Positions 18,044 through 28,715 of a stretch of DNA of 32,000 nt are shown here, in pieces; the stretch's first letter is position 1; each line of letters starts with the position of its first letter. Under the pieces are notes generated by a model that was not told the DNA's origin, ran no database searches, and was given only the letters and a program-made list of their open reading frames with translations. Position numbers and translations under genes: made by a program. Source of the DNA: Xylella taiwanensis (lineage in GTDB: Bacteria; Pseudomonadota; Gammaproteobacteria; Xanthomonadales; Xanthomonadaceae); the NCBI RefSeq assembly GCF_013177435.1, contig NZ_CP053627.1:150001-182000 (forward strand), in the 5' to 3' direction.

Positions 18044-19930
18044 ATGACGTGGTCTCCTGATCTCGCCCACAAGACGTATTCGATCCGACATTGGGCTGAT
18101 GGGTATTTCGAAGTGAACGAGGCTGGACACATGGTCGTCAGGCCGATCGGTGGCGATGGTGTGCAGATCTCGCTCCCGGAGGTGGTGGATGCTGCACGCG
18201 CCGCTGGTGCCAAATTGCCACTGTTGGTCCGTTTCCCAGACATTCTCGGGCATCGTCTGGGTAAATTGCAGGCGGCGTTCGCTCAGGCTCAGAGCGAGTG
18301 GGAGTACACGGGTGGTTACACTGCTGTTTACCCAATCAAGGTTAACCAGCATCGCGGTGTGGCTGGCGTTCTGGCGAGTCACCAGGGGGATGGCTTCGGC
18401 TTGGAAGCCGGTAGCAAACCGGAACTGATGGCGGTATTGGCGCTGTCGCGTCCGGGTGGGTTGATTATCTGCAACGGCTATAAGGATCGGGAGTACATCC
18501 GTCTTGCGCTGCTTGGACGTAAGCTTGGCTTGCAGACCTTCATTGTCATCGAAAAACCTTCCGAGTTGCGGATGGTGCTTGATGAAGCCAAAACGCTCGG
18601 CGTATTGCCTGGTTTGGGTGTCCGGGTGCGTTTGGCGTCGTTGGGTGCCGGTAAATGGCAAAACAGTGGTGGTGATAAGGCAAAGTTCGGTCTGTCGCCG
18701 CGCCAGGTGCTGGATGTGTGGAAAGTGTTGCGTGGTACCGAGTACGTCGATTGTTTAAATGTGCTGCACTTTCATATGGGTTCGCAAATCTCTAATGTGC
18801 GCGACATTGCCAACGGCATGCGTGAGGCGACCCGTTACTTTGTCGAGCTTTCAAGCCTTGGTGCGAAGATCACCCATGTGGACGTTGGTGGCGGCCTTGG
18901 TATCGATTATGAGGGCACACGCTCGCGTAGCGATTGCTCGATCAATTATGGGCTGCATGCCTATGCCAGTAACATCGTGCAGCCACTGGCAAACGCCTGC
19001 GAGGATTACAATTTGGTGCCGCCGTGCATCGTCACAGAGTGCGGTCGTGCGATGACGGCGCATCACGCGGTACTCATCGCTAACGTGACCGAGGTCGAAA
19101 CCGCGCCTGAGGGGCGTGTCCCAGAAGTGTGTGATGACGAGCCGGCAGTGGTTCGCCACATGCGTGAGATCTATGGAGAACTGAATGGGCGTCCGGCAGT
19201 AGAGCTGTTTTACGAAGCACAGCACTTCTATGCCGAGGGCTTGGCGGCTTACGTCCTTGGCCAAATGAATCTGGTGCATCGCGCCCGTATTGATGATCTG
19301 TTTTACGCGATTGCGCATGGGGTACGTGAGCGTCTCAGTCACGAAGAGAAGAGTCACCGCCCCGTGTTAGATGAGCTTAACGAGCGGTTGGTCGACAAGT
19401 ATTTCGTCAATTTCAGTGTGTTTGAGTCGATTCCGGATGTGTGGGCGATCGATCAAATCTTCCCCATTGTTCCGATTGAGCGTTTGAACGAGGCACCGAC
19501 CCGCCGCGGTGTGGTCTGTGATGTGACCTGCGATTCGGACGGTATGGTCAAGAACTATGTGGAAAACGAAAGTCTGGACAGTTCGCTGCCGCTGCATGTG
19601 TTGCGTCATGGTGAGGCTTACAGGATCGGTTTTTTCCTTGTCGGTGCTTACCAGGAAATCCTCGGCGATATCCACAACTTGTTTGGGGATACTGATGCGG
19701 TTGAAGTTGCCGTCGACGGTAAGGGTTACCGTATTGTCCAGCAGCGTTGCGGTGATACCACCGACGCAATGTTGGACTATGTTGGCTATGGGCTCGATGA
19801 TGTGCGCAGGGTTTATGCGCAGCGTATTGCCGCCGCGGGGATATCTGCTGCGGAATCTGCGGTGTTGAGCGACATGTTGGAGGCCGGTCTGACGGGTTAT
19901 CCCTATTTATCGGATGCGCCGCTGGATTGA
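18044..19930 (+). CDS. speA: Biosynthetic arginine decarboxylase
   Basis: 628 aa. The N-terminus (YSIRHWADGYFEVNEAGHMVV) parallels E. coli SpeA. The PLP-lysine context is AVYPIKVNQ. HFHMGSQ and GGGLGIDYEG motifs of group IV decarboxylases are present. Confidence 0.93.
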   Translation: MTWSPDLAHKTYSIRHWADGYFEVNEAGHMVVRPIGGDGVQISLPEVVDAARAAGAKLPLLVRFPDILGHRLGKLQAAFAQAQSEWEYTGGYTAVYPIKVNQHRGVAGVLASHQGDGFGLEAGSKPELMAVLALSRPGGLIICNGYKDREYIRLALLGRKLGLQTFIVIEKPSELRMVLDEAKTLGVLPGLGVRVRLASLGAGKWQNSGGDKAKFGLSPRQVLDVWKVLRGTEYVDCLNVLHFHMGSQISNVRDIANGMREATRYFVELSSLGAKITHVDVGGGLGIDYEGTRSRSDCSINYGLHAYASNIVQPLANACEDYNLVPPCIVTECGRAMTAHHAVLIANVTEVETAPEGRVPEVCDDEPAVVRHMREIYGELNGRPAVELFYEAQHFYAEGLAAYVLGQMNLVHRARIDDLFYAIAHGVRERLSHEEKSHRPVLDELNERLVDKYFVNFSVFESIPDVWAIDQIFPIVPIERLNEAPTRRGVVCDVTCDSDGMVKNYVENESLDSSLPLHVLRHGEAYRIGFFLVGAYQEILGDIHNLFGDTDAVEVAVDGKGYRIVQQRCGDTTDAMLDYVGYGLDDVRRVYAQRIAAAGISAAESAVLSDMLEAGLTGYPYLSDAPLD

Positions 19931-20366
19931 GTTGGATGGTTGTGGGGTGGGGTTGATCGGTGGGTGTGTGGCAGTAACAGTCTCTATGGGCGTCACGACA
20001 TCAGTGTGTGCTGTGCAGTCTTGACCGCATGTGCAGTGAGTGTTGATCGCTTATGTGGGGTTGTGACACCGCTTTCTACTGCGGGTGCTGTATTGCCTTA
20101 GTGAAATGTTGTGCTTATGTGCTTTGATGGCATACGTGTAGTGAGCCAGACATGTCTAAGATAGTTTCCCAATCCTGGGTGTCGGGAAGACGCCTCCGCC
20201 AAATTTGTGTTGCTCCGCAAGTGATGGACATAGGCATCTCGATATGGTTTTCAAAGGCGCATGATTGATTCGGAGCGTCCTGTTTGGATGGTTGTGCGTT
20301 TGCCGTCTACCGCTTACCGATGATGTGGTATTGGGTGTGAGTCTGGCGCTTGATGTGGCTGAGCTT

Positions 20367-21191
<825 letters not shown>

Positions 21192-21217
21192 CTACGGTTT
21201 TGGGGCATTTACTGTTG

Positions 21218-22027
21218 TTAATGGGCCTTGATCGTGATGGCTTGCAAGCCGTTACCATCGATCTTTCCCCTGGCTTCAGCCAATTCATGGGCGGTGTCAT
21301 ATGGCCCCATACGAACACGGTAAACTTGTTTGCCTCCGATGTTGGCGGATTCGATGCGCGCTGTCAGGCCGAGCATGGCAAGCCGGGCCTTCGTCGACTC
21401 GGCTTCACTGGAGGTGCCGAATGAGCCAGCTTGCAACATGTAGCGGGTGGTGTTCGCCATCGCTGCGGGTGGTGTGTTTGCAGGGGGTGCTTGTGTCGGC
21501 GTGACGGTGATGGGCACCGGCGTTGGACGGGGAGAGAGTGGTTCCGGTAACGGTTTGGGATCGTTTGTTGTCGTTGGTGCTGGTGTGCCGCTGGCCACTG
21601 TGGTTCGGGCATCCGGCTTTGGAGAGATCGTTTTGTCTTCGGGTACCACGCGTGTGGTACTCACGGTGTTTGTCTTCGTTGTCGGATCAGCATTGGATCT
21701 GGGTACTTCTTTGCCAGGTAGCAGGGTGTAGAAGTCGTATTGCGGCTGTTCTGTGGTTGGTTTGTCCGGTGCCTTCACAGTTGGTTTGGATGACTGCCCA
21801 ATGGCGGTGTCTGGGTCGATCACGGGTGCCGGTTGCGCGTTTGGGTTTGGGTGCGGACCGATATGTAAAAGGCTACCGTCGTTTTTCTTTAATAAGCTTG
21901 GTGCTGCCAGAAATACAACGGCTGTGATTGCCGCACCGGCAATCAGCCATACCCACCCTGGAGGGCTGTTATCCGTGTTGCGTCGTGCTTGACTCTTAGC
22001 GCGCCGTGTTGCCATCGACTTCTCCAA
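21218..22027 (-). CDS. SPOR domain-containing protein (FtsN-like architecture)
   Basis: It has a basic N-terminus and one TM helix (RRNTDNSPPGWVWLIAGAAITAVVFLAAP), then a long Pro/Thr-rich linker. The C-terminal region of about 75 aa has the SPOR pattern (YMLQAGSFGTSSEAESTKARLAMLGL...YRVRMGPYDTAHELAEAR). It lies immediately downstream of argS. Confidence 0.8.
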   Translation of the reverse strand: MEKSMATRRAKSQARRNTDNSPPGWVWLIAGAAITAVVFLAAPSLLKKNDGSLLHIGPHPNPNAQPAPVIDPDTAIGQSSKPTVKAPDKPTTEQPQYDFYTLLPGKEVPRSNADPTTKTNTVSTTRVVPEDKTISPKPDARTTVASGTPAPTTTNDPKPLPEPLSPRPTPVPITVTPTQAPPANTPPAAMANTTRYMLQAGSFGTSSEAESTKARLAMLGLTARIESANIGGKQVYRVRMGPYDTAHELAEARGKIDGNGLQAITIKAH

Positions 22028-22054
22028 TTACTTGCGCATGGCGGTGTGCTTGAT

Positions 22055-23743
22055 TCACATCTTTTCCGGGGTGCTGACGCCGAGTAGGTTCAGGCCATTG
22101 GCGAGTACTTGCCGGGTTGCGCAGGCCAGCGTTAGCTTTGCGTTGCGTTCTGCCGCGTCTTCTACCAGTACCGGTATGTTGTGATACCACGTGTGGAATG
22201 CATGTGCTAATTCACGCAGATACTGTGCGATCAGGTGAGGTTCCAGCAGCTCGCCTGCGATTTCCACTATTTCAGGATAGCGTGATATCTCGGTCATCAG
22301 CCACAGCGAAGTGTTGTCTGAGAGCTGATTGAGCGAATCGATGCCGCTGGTCTGGTCGTAATTTAAGTGCTTCTCATGGGCTTGGTACAGCAAACTGCAG
22401 ACGCGGGCGTGTGCGTACTGTACGTAGAACACAGGGTTGTCGTTGCTCCTTTGGCGGGCTAGGTCGATGTCGAAGGTCAGTTGTGAATCAGGCTTGCGTG
22501 CGATCAGAAACCAGCGTGTTGCATCGGTGCTGGTCTCCTCAATCAAGTCGCGTAGAGTGACGTAGCTGCCTGAACGTTTGGATAGCTTCACTTCCTCACC
22601 ACCGCGCATCACGGTGACCATTTGGTGCAGTACGTATTCCGGCCAGCCAGGCGGTATACCTATTTCCAATGCTTGTAGTCCAGCATGCACGCGTGCCAGT
22701 GAGCCGTGATGGTCGGCTCCCAGCTCGGTGATCGCGCGTTCGTAGCCACGTTGCCATTTGCTTAAATGGTACGCCACGTCTGGTACGAAATAGGTGTAGC
22801 TGCCGTCGGATTTGCGCATGACACGATCTTTATCGTCACCGAAATCGGTCGACTTCAACCACAACGCGCCGCCGTCTTCATAGGTGTGGCCGGAGTCGAT
22901 CAGTTTCTGCACTGTTTCTTCGACCTTGCCATCTTTGTAAAGCGAGCTTTCCAGAAAGTAGAGATCGAAATCGACCTTAAATGCGGCTAGGTCTTGATTT
23001 TGTTCGTTACGCAGGTAGTTGACGGCGAAGTGGTGGATGGCTGCTGTGTCGTCCACATTCTTGGTGCCGGTGATGACGGTACCTGCCATATTGACGCTGT
23101 CGCCGACCAAATAGGCTTTGGCGATATCGGCGATGTACTCGCCGTTATAGGCGTCTGTTGGCCACTGCGTGTCTCCAGGCTTAAGGCCGCGTGCGCGTGC
23201 TTGCACCGAGCGGACGAGGTTCTCTATTTGTACGCCGGCGTCGTTGTAATAGAACTCGCGTTTGACGTTCCAGCCATTCGCTTCTAGTAAACGTGCAAGG
23301 CAGTCGCCGATGGCCGCTGCGCGGCCATGACCGACATGCAAAGGACCTGTCGGATTGGCTGAGACGTACTCCACTCCGACGGTACGACCCTTGCCGGACA
23401 AATTCCGGCCGTAGTCGCTGCCCTGTTTAAGCACGTTGATCGTTTCGCGCTGGTAGGCGACTGGATGCAGATGGAAGTTGATGAAGCCTGGGCCGGCGAT
23501 TTCTACCCGCGCAATCTCAGCTCTGGTTGGTAGTGCTGCGACCAGAGCCTGTGCCAGCAGGAGCGGATTGCTGCGAGTAGCTTTGCTTAGCAGCATTGCT
23601 GCGTTGGTTGCAAAGTCGCCATGCTTGCGCGTCTTTGGACGTTCGATCACGAAATCTGGTGGCAGAGTATGGCTGGGCAGAGTGCCGTTGCTACGCAATG
23701 CTTCGATGCCTTGGCAGATCAGGGCGCGGAGTTGAGCTTTCAC
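22055..23743 (-). CDS. argS: Arginine--tRNA ligase
   Basis: 562 aa. It has the class I HIGH-type motif ([14 protein letters not shown]), the ArgRS N-terminal Add-1-like region, and a C-terminal anticodon-binding domain ending ...PEKM. Confidence 0.96.
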   Translation of the reverse strand: MKAQLRALICQGIEALRSNGTLPSHTLPPDFVIERPKTRKHGDFATNAAMLLSKATRSNPLLLAQALVAALPTRAEIARVEIAGPGFINFHLHPVAYQRETINVLKQGSDYGRNLSGKGRTVGVEYVSANPTGPLHVGHGRAAAIGDCLARLLEANGWNVKREFYYNDAGVQIENLVRSVQARARGLKPGDTQWPTDAYNGEYIADIAKAYLVGDSVNMAGTVITGTKNVDDTAAIHHFAVNYLRNEQNQDLAAFKVDFDLYFLESSLYKDGKVEETVQKLIDSGHTYEDGGALWLKSTDFGDDKDRVMRKSDGSYTYFVPDVAYHLSKWQRGYERAITELGADHHGSLARVHAGLQALEIGIPPGWPEYVLHQMVTVMRGGEEVKLSKRSGSYVTLRDLIEETSTDATRWFLIARKPDSQLTFDIDLARQRSNDNPVFYVQYAHARVCSLLYQAHEKHLNYDQTSGIDSLNQLSDNTSLWLMTEISRYPEIVEIAGELLEPHLIAQYLRELAHAFHTWYHNIPVLVEDAAERNAKLTLACATRQVLANGLNLLGVSTPEKM

Positions 23744-23869
23744 GTGGGGTGTATGTGTGCGGCGATAGACAGCGTAATTTTATCTGACCGTCTGTATGAG
23801 AAGCTTGCTGACGTTCAGCTTGTGCTCTGCTTGGCATCTCACCATACCCTGAATGGTCGCCTTCCTGGT

Positions 23870-24544
23870 TTATAGCCAGCCGTGTTCGGCAAGTGAGACC
23901 GGCGCACCGTCGCCAATCACGAAGTGGTCGACGAGGCGCACGTCGACGACGTCTAAGGCGTCTTTCAAGCGCTTAGTGACTATTCGATCGGCGGGTGAGG
24001 GCTCCCGGTTACCGGATGGATGATTATGGCCGACGATCACTGCCGCTGCGTTCAGAGTCAATGCACGCCGTACTACTTCGCGTGGGTGGACTTCAGCACC
24101 GTCAATGGTGCCGTGGAACAGTTCTTCAAAGCTGATGGCGCGGTGCCTGTTGTCCAGGAACAGGACGGCGAATACTTCATGTTGATGCGCTCGCAGGCGC
24201 TGTGCGAAGTAGCGTCCGGCGCTGATCGGATCCTCGATACTTGCGCCGCGTTGCAGCGCGGCGGCCAGGTGGCGAGCACTTAATTCGAGTGCTGCGGTCA
24301 GTTTGCAGGCGCGTGCCAGCCCTAATCCTGGCAGGCGCATGAGATCGGCGGGAGGTCGGTCCAGCAGCTCGCGTAGCGGGCCATGCGTGTGCAGCAGGTC
24401 GCGTGCGGTTTGCACCGCGTCGCGGCCGCGCAGACCAGAGCCGAGGAAGATCGCGAGCAGTTCGGCATCTGAAAGTGTGGTGGCACCCCGGGCCAACAGC
24501 TTTTCACGTGGTCGTTCATGAGTAGGCCAATCGTTGATGTGCAT
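23870..24544 (-). CDS. radC: RadC/YicR-family JAB (MPN) domain protein
   Basis: It has the C-terminal JAMM-like motif [14 protein letters not shown] and an N-terminal HhH region ([27 protein letters not shown]). ATG 24544 gives 224 aa, as in E. coli YicR. The ORF-track start at 24598 would add 18 residues and cannot be excluded. It is divergent from coaBC. Confidence 0.85.
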   Translation of the reverse strand: MHINDWPTHERPREKLLARGATTLSDAELLAIFLGSGLRGRDAVQTARDLLHTHGPLRELLDRPPADLMRLPGLGLARACKLTAALELSARHLAAALQRGASIEDPISAGRYFAQRLRAHQHEVFAVLFLDNRHRAISFEELFHGTIDGAEVHPREVVRRALTLNAAAVIVGHNHPSGNREPSPADRIVTKRLKDALDVVDVRLVDHFVIGDGAPVSLAEHGWL

Positions 24545-24641
24545 ATGTCGAGGATGGCGAGTTTCATGCGTTTCGGATATCAGAGTGGTATGGATCATCG
24601 GCTAATCTAGTCGTCCTGATGAACTGTAGGAATCAACCGAC
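24545..24641. promoter_or_regulatory. Divergent radC / coaBC intergenic promoter region (inferred)
   Basis: Inferred from the back-to-back arrangement only. Confidence 0.3.
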
Positions 24642-25871
24642 GTGACTGGATCGCATCAGCCACGCTCATTGAACGGACAGCGTTTGCTGTTGTGTGTCAG
24701 TGGTGGTATTGCCGCTTATAAATCGCTTGAGCTTGTGCGCCGCCTGTGCGGTGCTGGTGCCCAAGTTCAGGTGGCCATGACTGCCAGTGCGCAGCAGTTT
24801 GTCACCCCGCTTAGTTTTCAGGCATTGTCTGGGCAATCGACCCGTACCACGCTGTGGGATGGCAACGCTGAACAGGCGATGGGGCATATCGAATTGGCGC
24901 GTTGGGCCGAACGTGTTCTGATTGCTCCTGCCAGCGCTGATGTGATTGCGCGGCTCGCACATGGGTTAGCGGATGATTTGGTGACTACGCTGTGTTTGGC
25001 GACAACCGCACCGCTGATGATATGTCCCGCGATGAACCACAAGATGTGGTTGCATCCAGCGACTCAGGCGAATGTTGCGACGTTGTGTAGCCGTGGTGTG
25101 CAGGTGATCGGGCCAGAAGACGGTCCGTTGGCCGAAAAAGTGTCTGGCCTGGGTCGCATGAGTGAGCCTGAGGTGATCGTTGCTGCGTTAACTCATGGAC
25201 TGTCTCCTGCTCCTGTTCGGGGTGGTCTGCTGCAGGGGCAGCGCATCGTGATCAGCGCCGGACCCACGTTCGAAGACTTGGATCCGGTGCGCTACCTTGG
25301 CAATCGCAGCAGTGGGAAGATGGGTTTCGCTCTGGCTGCTGCGGCTGTGTGCCATGGGGCCGAGGTAGTGTTGGTGGCTGGCCCAGTGTATCAACCAACT
25401 CCACAGGGGGTGATCCGGGTGGATGTGCGCTCGGCGGCGCAGATGCGCGATGCAGTATTCAGTGCGTTCCCTGCCGATATTTACATTGGTGCAGCGGCGG
25501 TGGCCGATTACACGCCCAGACGGGTGTTGCCCCAAAAGATCAAGAAGGCTGATGAGATACTGATCCTGGAGTTGATGCGTACCCCAGATATCTTGTCTGA
25601 GGTGGCAGCGCAGACGGGTACCCTGAAATTGGTGGTCGGTTTCGCTGCAGAGACTCATGATGTTGAGCACTATGCACGCGGTAAATTGGCTGCCAAACAC
25701 TTGGATTTGATTATTGCCAACCAAGTCGGTGTTGTTGGAAACGGCTTTGAGAGCGATGACAATACTGTCACTGCGTATTGGCAGGGCGGCGAGCGCGTTT
25801 TTCCCAGTTGCAGCAAGGTGGAGTTGGCTGAGAGCTTGCTGGCACTGATTGCCGAAAGGATGCAAGCATGA
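24642..25871 (+). CDS. coaBC: Bifunctional phosphopantothenoylcysteine decarboxylase / phosphopantothenate--cysteine ligase
   Basis: 409 aa with a GTG start. The N-terminal flavoprotein domain is present ([29 protein letters not shown]), as is the C-terminal CoaB domain ([25 protein letters not shown]). The stop overlaps the dut start (ATGA at 25868-25871). Confidence 0.93.
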   Translation: MTGSHQPRSLNGQRLLLCVSGGIAAYKSLELVRRLCGAGAQVQVAMTASAQQFVTPLSFQALSGQSTRTTLWDGNAEQAMGHIELARWAERVLIAPASADVIARLAHGLADDLVTTLCLATTAPLMICPAMNHKMWLHPATQANVATLCSRGVQVIGPEDGPLAEKVSGLGRMSEPEVIVAALTHGLSPAPVRGGLLQGQRIVISAGPTFEDLDPVRYLGNRSSGKMGFALAAAAVCHGAEVVLVAGPVYQPTPQGVIRVDVRSAAQMRDAVFSAFPADIYIGAAAVADYTPRRVLPQKIKKADEILILELMRTPDILSEVAAQTGTLKLVVGFAAETHDVEHYARGKLAAKHLDLIIANQVGVVGNGFESDDNTVTAYWQGGERVFPSCSKVELAESLLALIAERMQA

Positions 25872-26335
25872 GTGTCGCCTTACAGCCCCTGCAGATTAAG
25901 ATCCTGGATTCCCGTCTCGGTACCGTTTGGCCGCTGCCAGCCTATGCTACCGAAGCCAGTGCCGGGCTTGATCTACGGGCCGTACTGAATGCACCGGTGA
26001 TTCTAGCTCCTGGGGATGCTGAGTTGATATCCAGTGGTTTAGCGATTCATCTGGGTGATCCGAGCTTATGTGCAGTGGTATTGCCTCGTTCTGGTTTGGG
26101 TCATCGTCATGGGATTGTGCTGGGTAACGGCACAGGTTTAATCGACGCGGACTATCAAGGGCCGTTGCTGCTGAGTATCTGGAACCGCGGGCACGAGGCT
26201 TTCACTATCGAGCCGGGCGACCGCATCGCCCAGCTGGTTGTGTTGCCGATGGTGCGAGTCGTGCTTCAGGTGGTGGATACTTTTGCTGACAGTGGGCGTG
26301 GTGCGGGTGGATTCGGTCACACCGGCGTGCGTTGA
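25868..26335 (+). CDS. dut: dUTP diphosphatase
   Basis: 155 aa with the dUTPase motifs [26 protein letters not shown] and the C-terminal [10 protein letters not shown]. Confidence 0.95.
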   Translation: MSVALQPLQIKILDSRLGTVWPLPAYATEASAGLDLRAVLNAPVILAPGDAELISSGLAIHLGDPSLCAVVLPRSGLGHRHGIVLGNGTGLIDADYQGPLLLSIWNRGHEAFTIEPGDRIAQLVVLPMVRVVLQVVDTFADSGRGAGGFGHTGVR

Positions 26336-26348
26336 CAGAGGAAGATAG

Positions 26349-28709
26349 ATGAGTGAGACAACTGGAAACGCGTTGCTTTTGCCGATTAAACGACACCAGA
26401 TTGCATTCTTGTTGGCGATTTTGTGCCTGCTGTTGACGGGCGTGTTTGGTTGGGCGGCGTACATGCAGTGGCGGCAGAATGTGGTGGCGCAGAAACTTGA
26501 GCAGGCGCGCGATGGTGCTGTCGTGTCATTGCGTCAGGTGTTATCTGGCCAGGTCCGACAGTTGCAAAATGTGTTGCAGCGCCCAGCCATCGTACAGGCG
26601 CTGAGCGGCGGTAACACCACGGTAGCCGCTGCAGCGATTCGCGAGCAATTTCCAGGTGCTGAAAAGGTGCAGGTTCTGCCAGATGATCTGAGCGCCGCTT
26701 ATGCCGATGTGGCGCGTTCTGGTTATGCCCGGCTTGGGCTGATGGAGGCCGCTCTTGGTGGCGATGGTGTGAAGGCATGGGTGGTGCGTGACGGCACTCA
26801 GACTGGTTTGGGTATGGCTGTGATGGTAAAGCTTGGCCAAGTTCCGGCGGTGGTCTACCTGTGCCTGCCGCTAGGGGGCTTGATCAGTGCGTTGGAGGCG
26901 ATCGATGTCCCCGATAGCACTTACTTGGCATTGCGGCAGGGTAGTTACACGGTGGTCGAGCGTGGTAACGCCGCCTTAGCGAACGGTGGTGAGGTTCTGG
27001 CTAAGCCGCTGGGTTGGGTTGACCTGCGTGTAGCTGCTGCCCTGCCCCAGTTGGAAACTGTTCTACTTGATCTTGGGTTGGTGCCATCTTTGATTGTGAC
27101 AGGGATGTGTGTGCTGCTTGTGGTGATCCTTGTGTTAGTTGTGCGTGGGCATGTGGTGCTGCCCAGCCGCCGCGATGCGCAAGTGGCCAATACAAAACAG
27201 CTTACTTTACGTGAAAGTCTGGAGCAGGAAGCACAGGTGCGCGTGGCTGTGTTAAAGGAGGAAAGCACGGCTGCATCCTCGCCGTCGCTGCATCTTCAGA
27301 CCGGCTCGGCAAGTGTTGTTCAACCCAGTCTTTTCCATACCTGGGATATCTATGGTGTAGTTCCTCGCGAGCTGACACCAGCAGCGGCGAGGTTGATCGG
27401 TCAAGCGATCGGCAGCGCGATGCAGGCCAAAGGGTTGCGTGAAATTGTGATTGGCCGTGACGGTCGCCTGTCCAGTGCGGAATTGTCCGCGGCATTAAGC
27501 GATGGTCTACGTCATGCTGGTTGCGATGTGGTAAACATCGGTTTGGTGCCGACCCCGGTAGTGTATTTCGCTGCATGCCATCTTGACGTTGGCAGTTGCG
27601 TTGCGGTCACTGGCGGCCATCATCCGCCGGATTACAACGGTTTCAAGATCGTGATTGGTGGTGAGGTACTATCCAGCGAGGCGATCAACGATCTGTATCG
27701 GCGCATTGCCGATGGTCGTTTACATGTGTCTGTCGATCCAGGCAGGTTGAATGAGCGTGATGTGGTTGGCGATTACATTCAGCGTATTGCCGATGATGTG
27801 CAATTGAATCGCCCGCTGAAGATTGTTGCCGATGCTGGTAACGGTGCGGCTGGCGAGATCGTTCCGCGTCTATTCGAGGCGATTGGTGCGGATCTGGTGT
27901 CACTGTACTGTGATATTGATGGTACTTTCCCTAATCGCCATCCTGATCCTGGCGAGCCCGACAACCTGAAGCAACTGATGCAGATGGTTGAGCGTTCCGA
28001 TGCCGATGTGGGTATTGCCTTTGATGGTGACGCTGGGAGTCTCAGTGTGGTGACTCGCCAAGGTAGGATCGTCTTATCAGATCGCCTGTTGATGTTGTTT
28101 GCCGCTGATGTGTTGCAGCGCAATCCGGGTGCTTTGGTGATCTATGACGTCAAAAGTACCAGCAAGCTGTCTGACTATGTGCTGCGCAACGGCGGTAGCC
28201 CGTTGATGTGGAAGACTGGGCATTCCTTAATCAAAACAAAGATGCGCGAGACCGGTGCCGAATTGGCTGGTGAAATGAGTGGTCACTTCTTCTTCAAAGA
28301 ACGCTGGTATGGCTTTGAAGACGCACTGTATGCGGCGGTGCGTTTGCTGGAGATCCTGGCTCAGCATGAGGATCATCCGTCCGAGGTGTTCGCTGCATTG
28401 CCTGACGCTTATTCCACCCAGGAACTCAAGCAGCCTGTTGAGGGTGACGCGCAGGCATTGGTGCGGTCTTTTATCGAGGAGGTGCAGCGCGGCGGTGAGG
28501 GAACTTTGTTCGATGGCGCCCGGCTGTCTACCGTGGATGGTCTGCGTGCCGACTTCGCTGATGGTTGGGGCCTGGTACACGCCTCTGACATTGCACCGGC
28601 ATTGGTATTGTGCTTTGAGGCTGACACGCAGGTTGGGTTGGAACGGATCCAGAGTGCATTCCGCACCCAGCTACAGGCATTATTGCCCGACCAGAGAATG
28701 ATATTTTAA
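26349..28709 (+). CDS. AlgC-type phosphomannomutase/phosphoglucomutase homologue with a 324-aa N-terminal two-TM extension and non-canonical catalytic motifs (possible pseudoenzyme)
   Basis: 786-aa intact ORF. Residues from about 325 to 786 are colinear, from memory, with P. aeruginosa AlgC (PPDYNGFKIV, FPNRHPDPG, MWKTGHSLIK, AGEMSGHFFFKERWYGF, RLLEIL). Residues 1-324 comprise TM1 (IAFLLAILCLLLTGVFGWAAY), a loop of about 195 aa, TM2 (LVPSLIVTGMCVLLVVILVLVV) and a linker. The catalytic motifs are substituted (see findings). Its position after coaBC-dut mirrors dut-algC in Pseudomonas. Confidence 0.8.
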   Translation: MSETTGNALLLPIKRHQIAFLLAILCLLLTGVFGWAAYMQWRQNVVAQKLEQARDGAVVSLRQVLSGQVRQLQNVLQRPAIVQALSGGNTTVAAAAIREQFPGAEKVQVLPDDLSAAYADVARSGYARLGLMEAALGGDGVKAWVVRDGTQTGLGMAVMVKLGQVPAVVYLCLPLGGLISALEAIDVPDSTYLALRQGSYTVVERGNAALANGGEVLAKPLGWVDLRVAAALPQLETVLLDLGLVPSLIVTGMCVLLVVILVLVVRGHVVLPSRRDAQVANTKQLTLRESLEQEAQVRVAVLKEESTAASSPSLHLQTGSASVVQPSLFHTWDIYGVVPRELTPAAARLIGQAIGSAMQAKGLREIVIGRDGRLSSAELSAALSDGLRHAGCDVVNIGLVPTPVVYFAACHLDVGSCVAVTGGHHPPDYNGFKIVIGGEVLSSEAINDLYRRIADGRLHVSVDPGRLNERDVVGDYIQRIADDVQLNRPLKIVADAGNGAAGEIVPRLFEAIGADLVSLYCDIDGTFPNRHPDPGEPDNLKQLMQMVERSDADVGIAFDGDAGSLSVVTRQGRIVLSDRLLMLFAADVLQRNPGALVIYDVKSTSKLSDYVLRNGGSPLMWKTGHSLIKTKMRETGAELAGEMSGHFFFKERWYGFEDALYAAVRLLEILAQHEDHPSEVFAALPDAYSTQELKQPVEGDAQALVRSFIEEVQRGGEGTLFDGARLSTVDGLRADFADGWGLVHASDIAPALVLCFEADTQVGLERIQSAFRTQLQALLPDQRMIF

Positions 28710-28715
28710 CCCTTA

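Noticed and set aside
18038-18661. 207-aa minus-strand ORF overlapping the 5' part of speA.
   Set aside because: It is antisense to speA, whose family match is unambiguous, and it has no recognisable features.
25188-25865. 225-aa minus-strand ORF inside coaBC.
   Set aside because: It is a shadow ORF opposite the well-supported coaBC CoaB domain.
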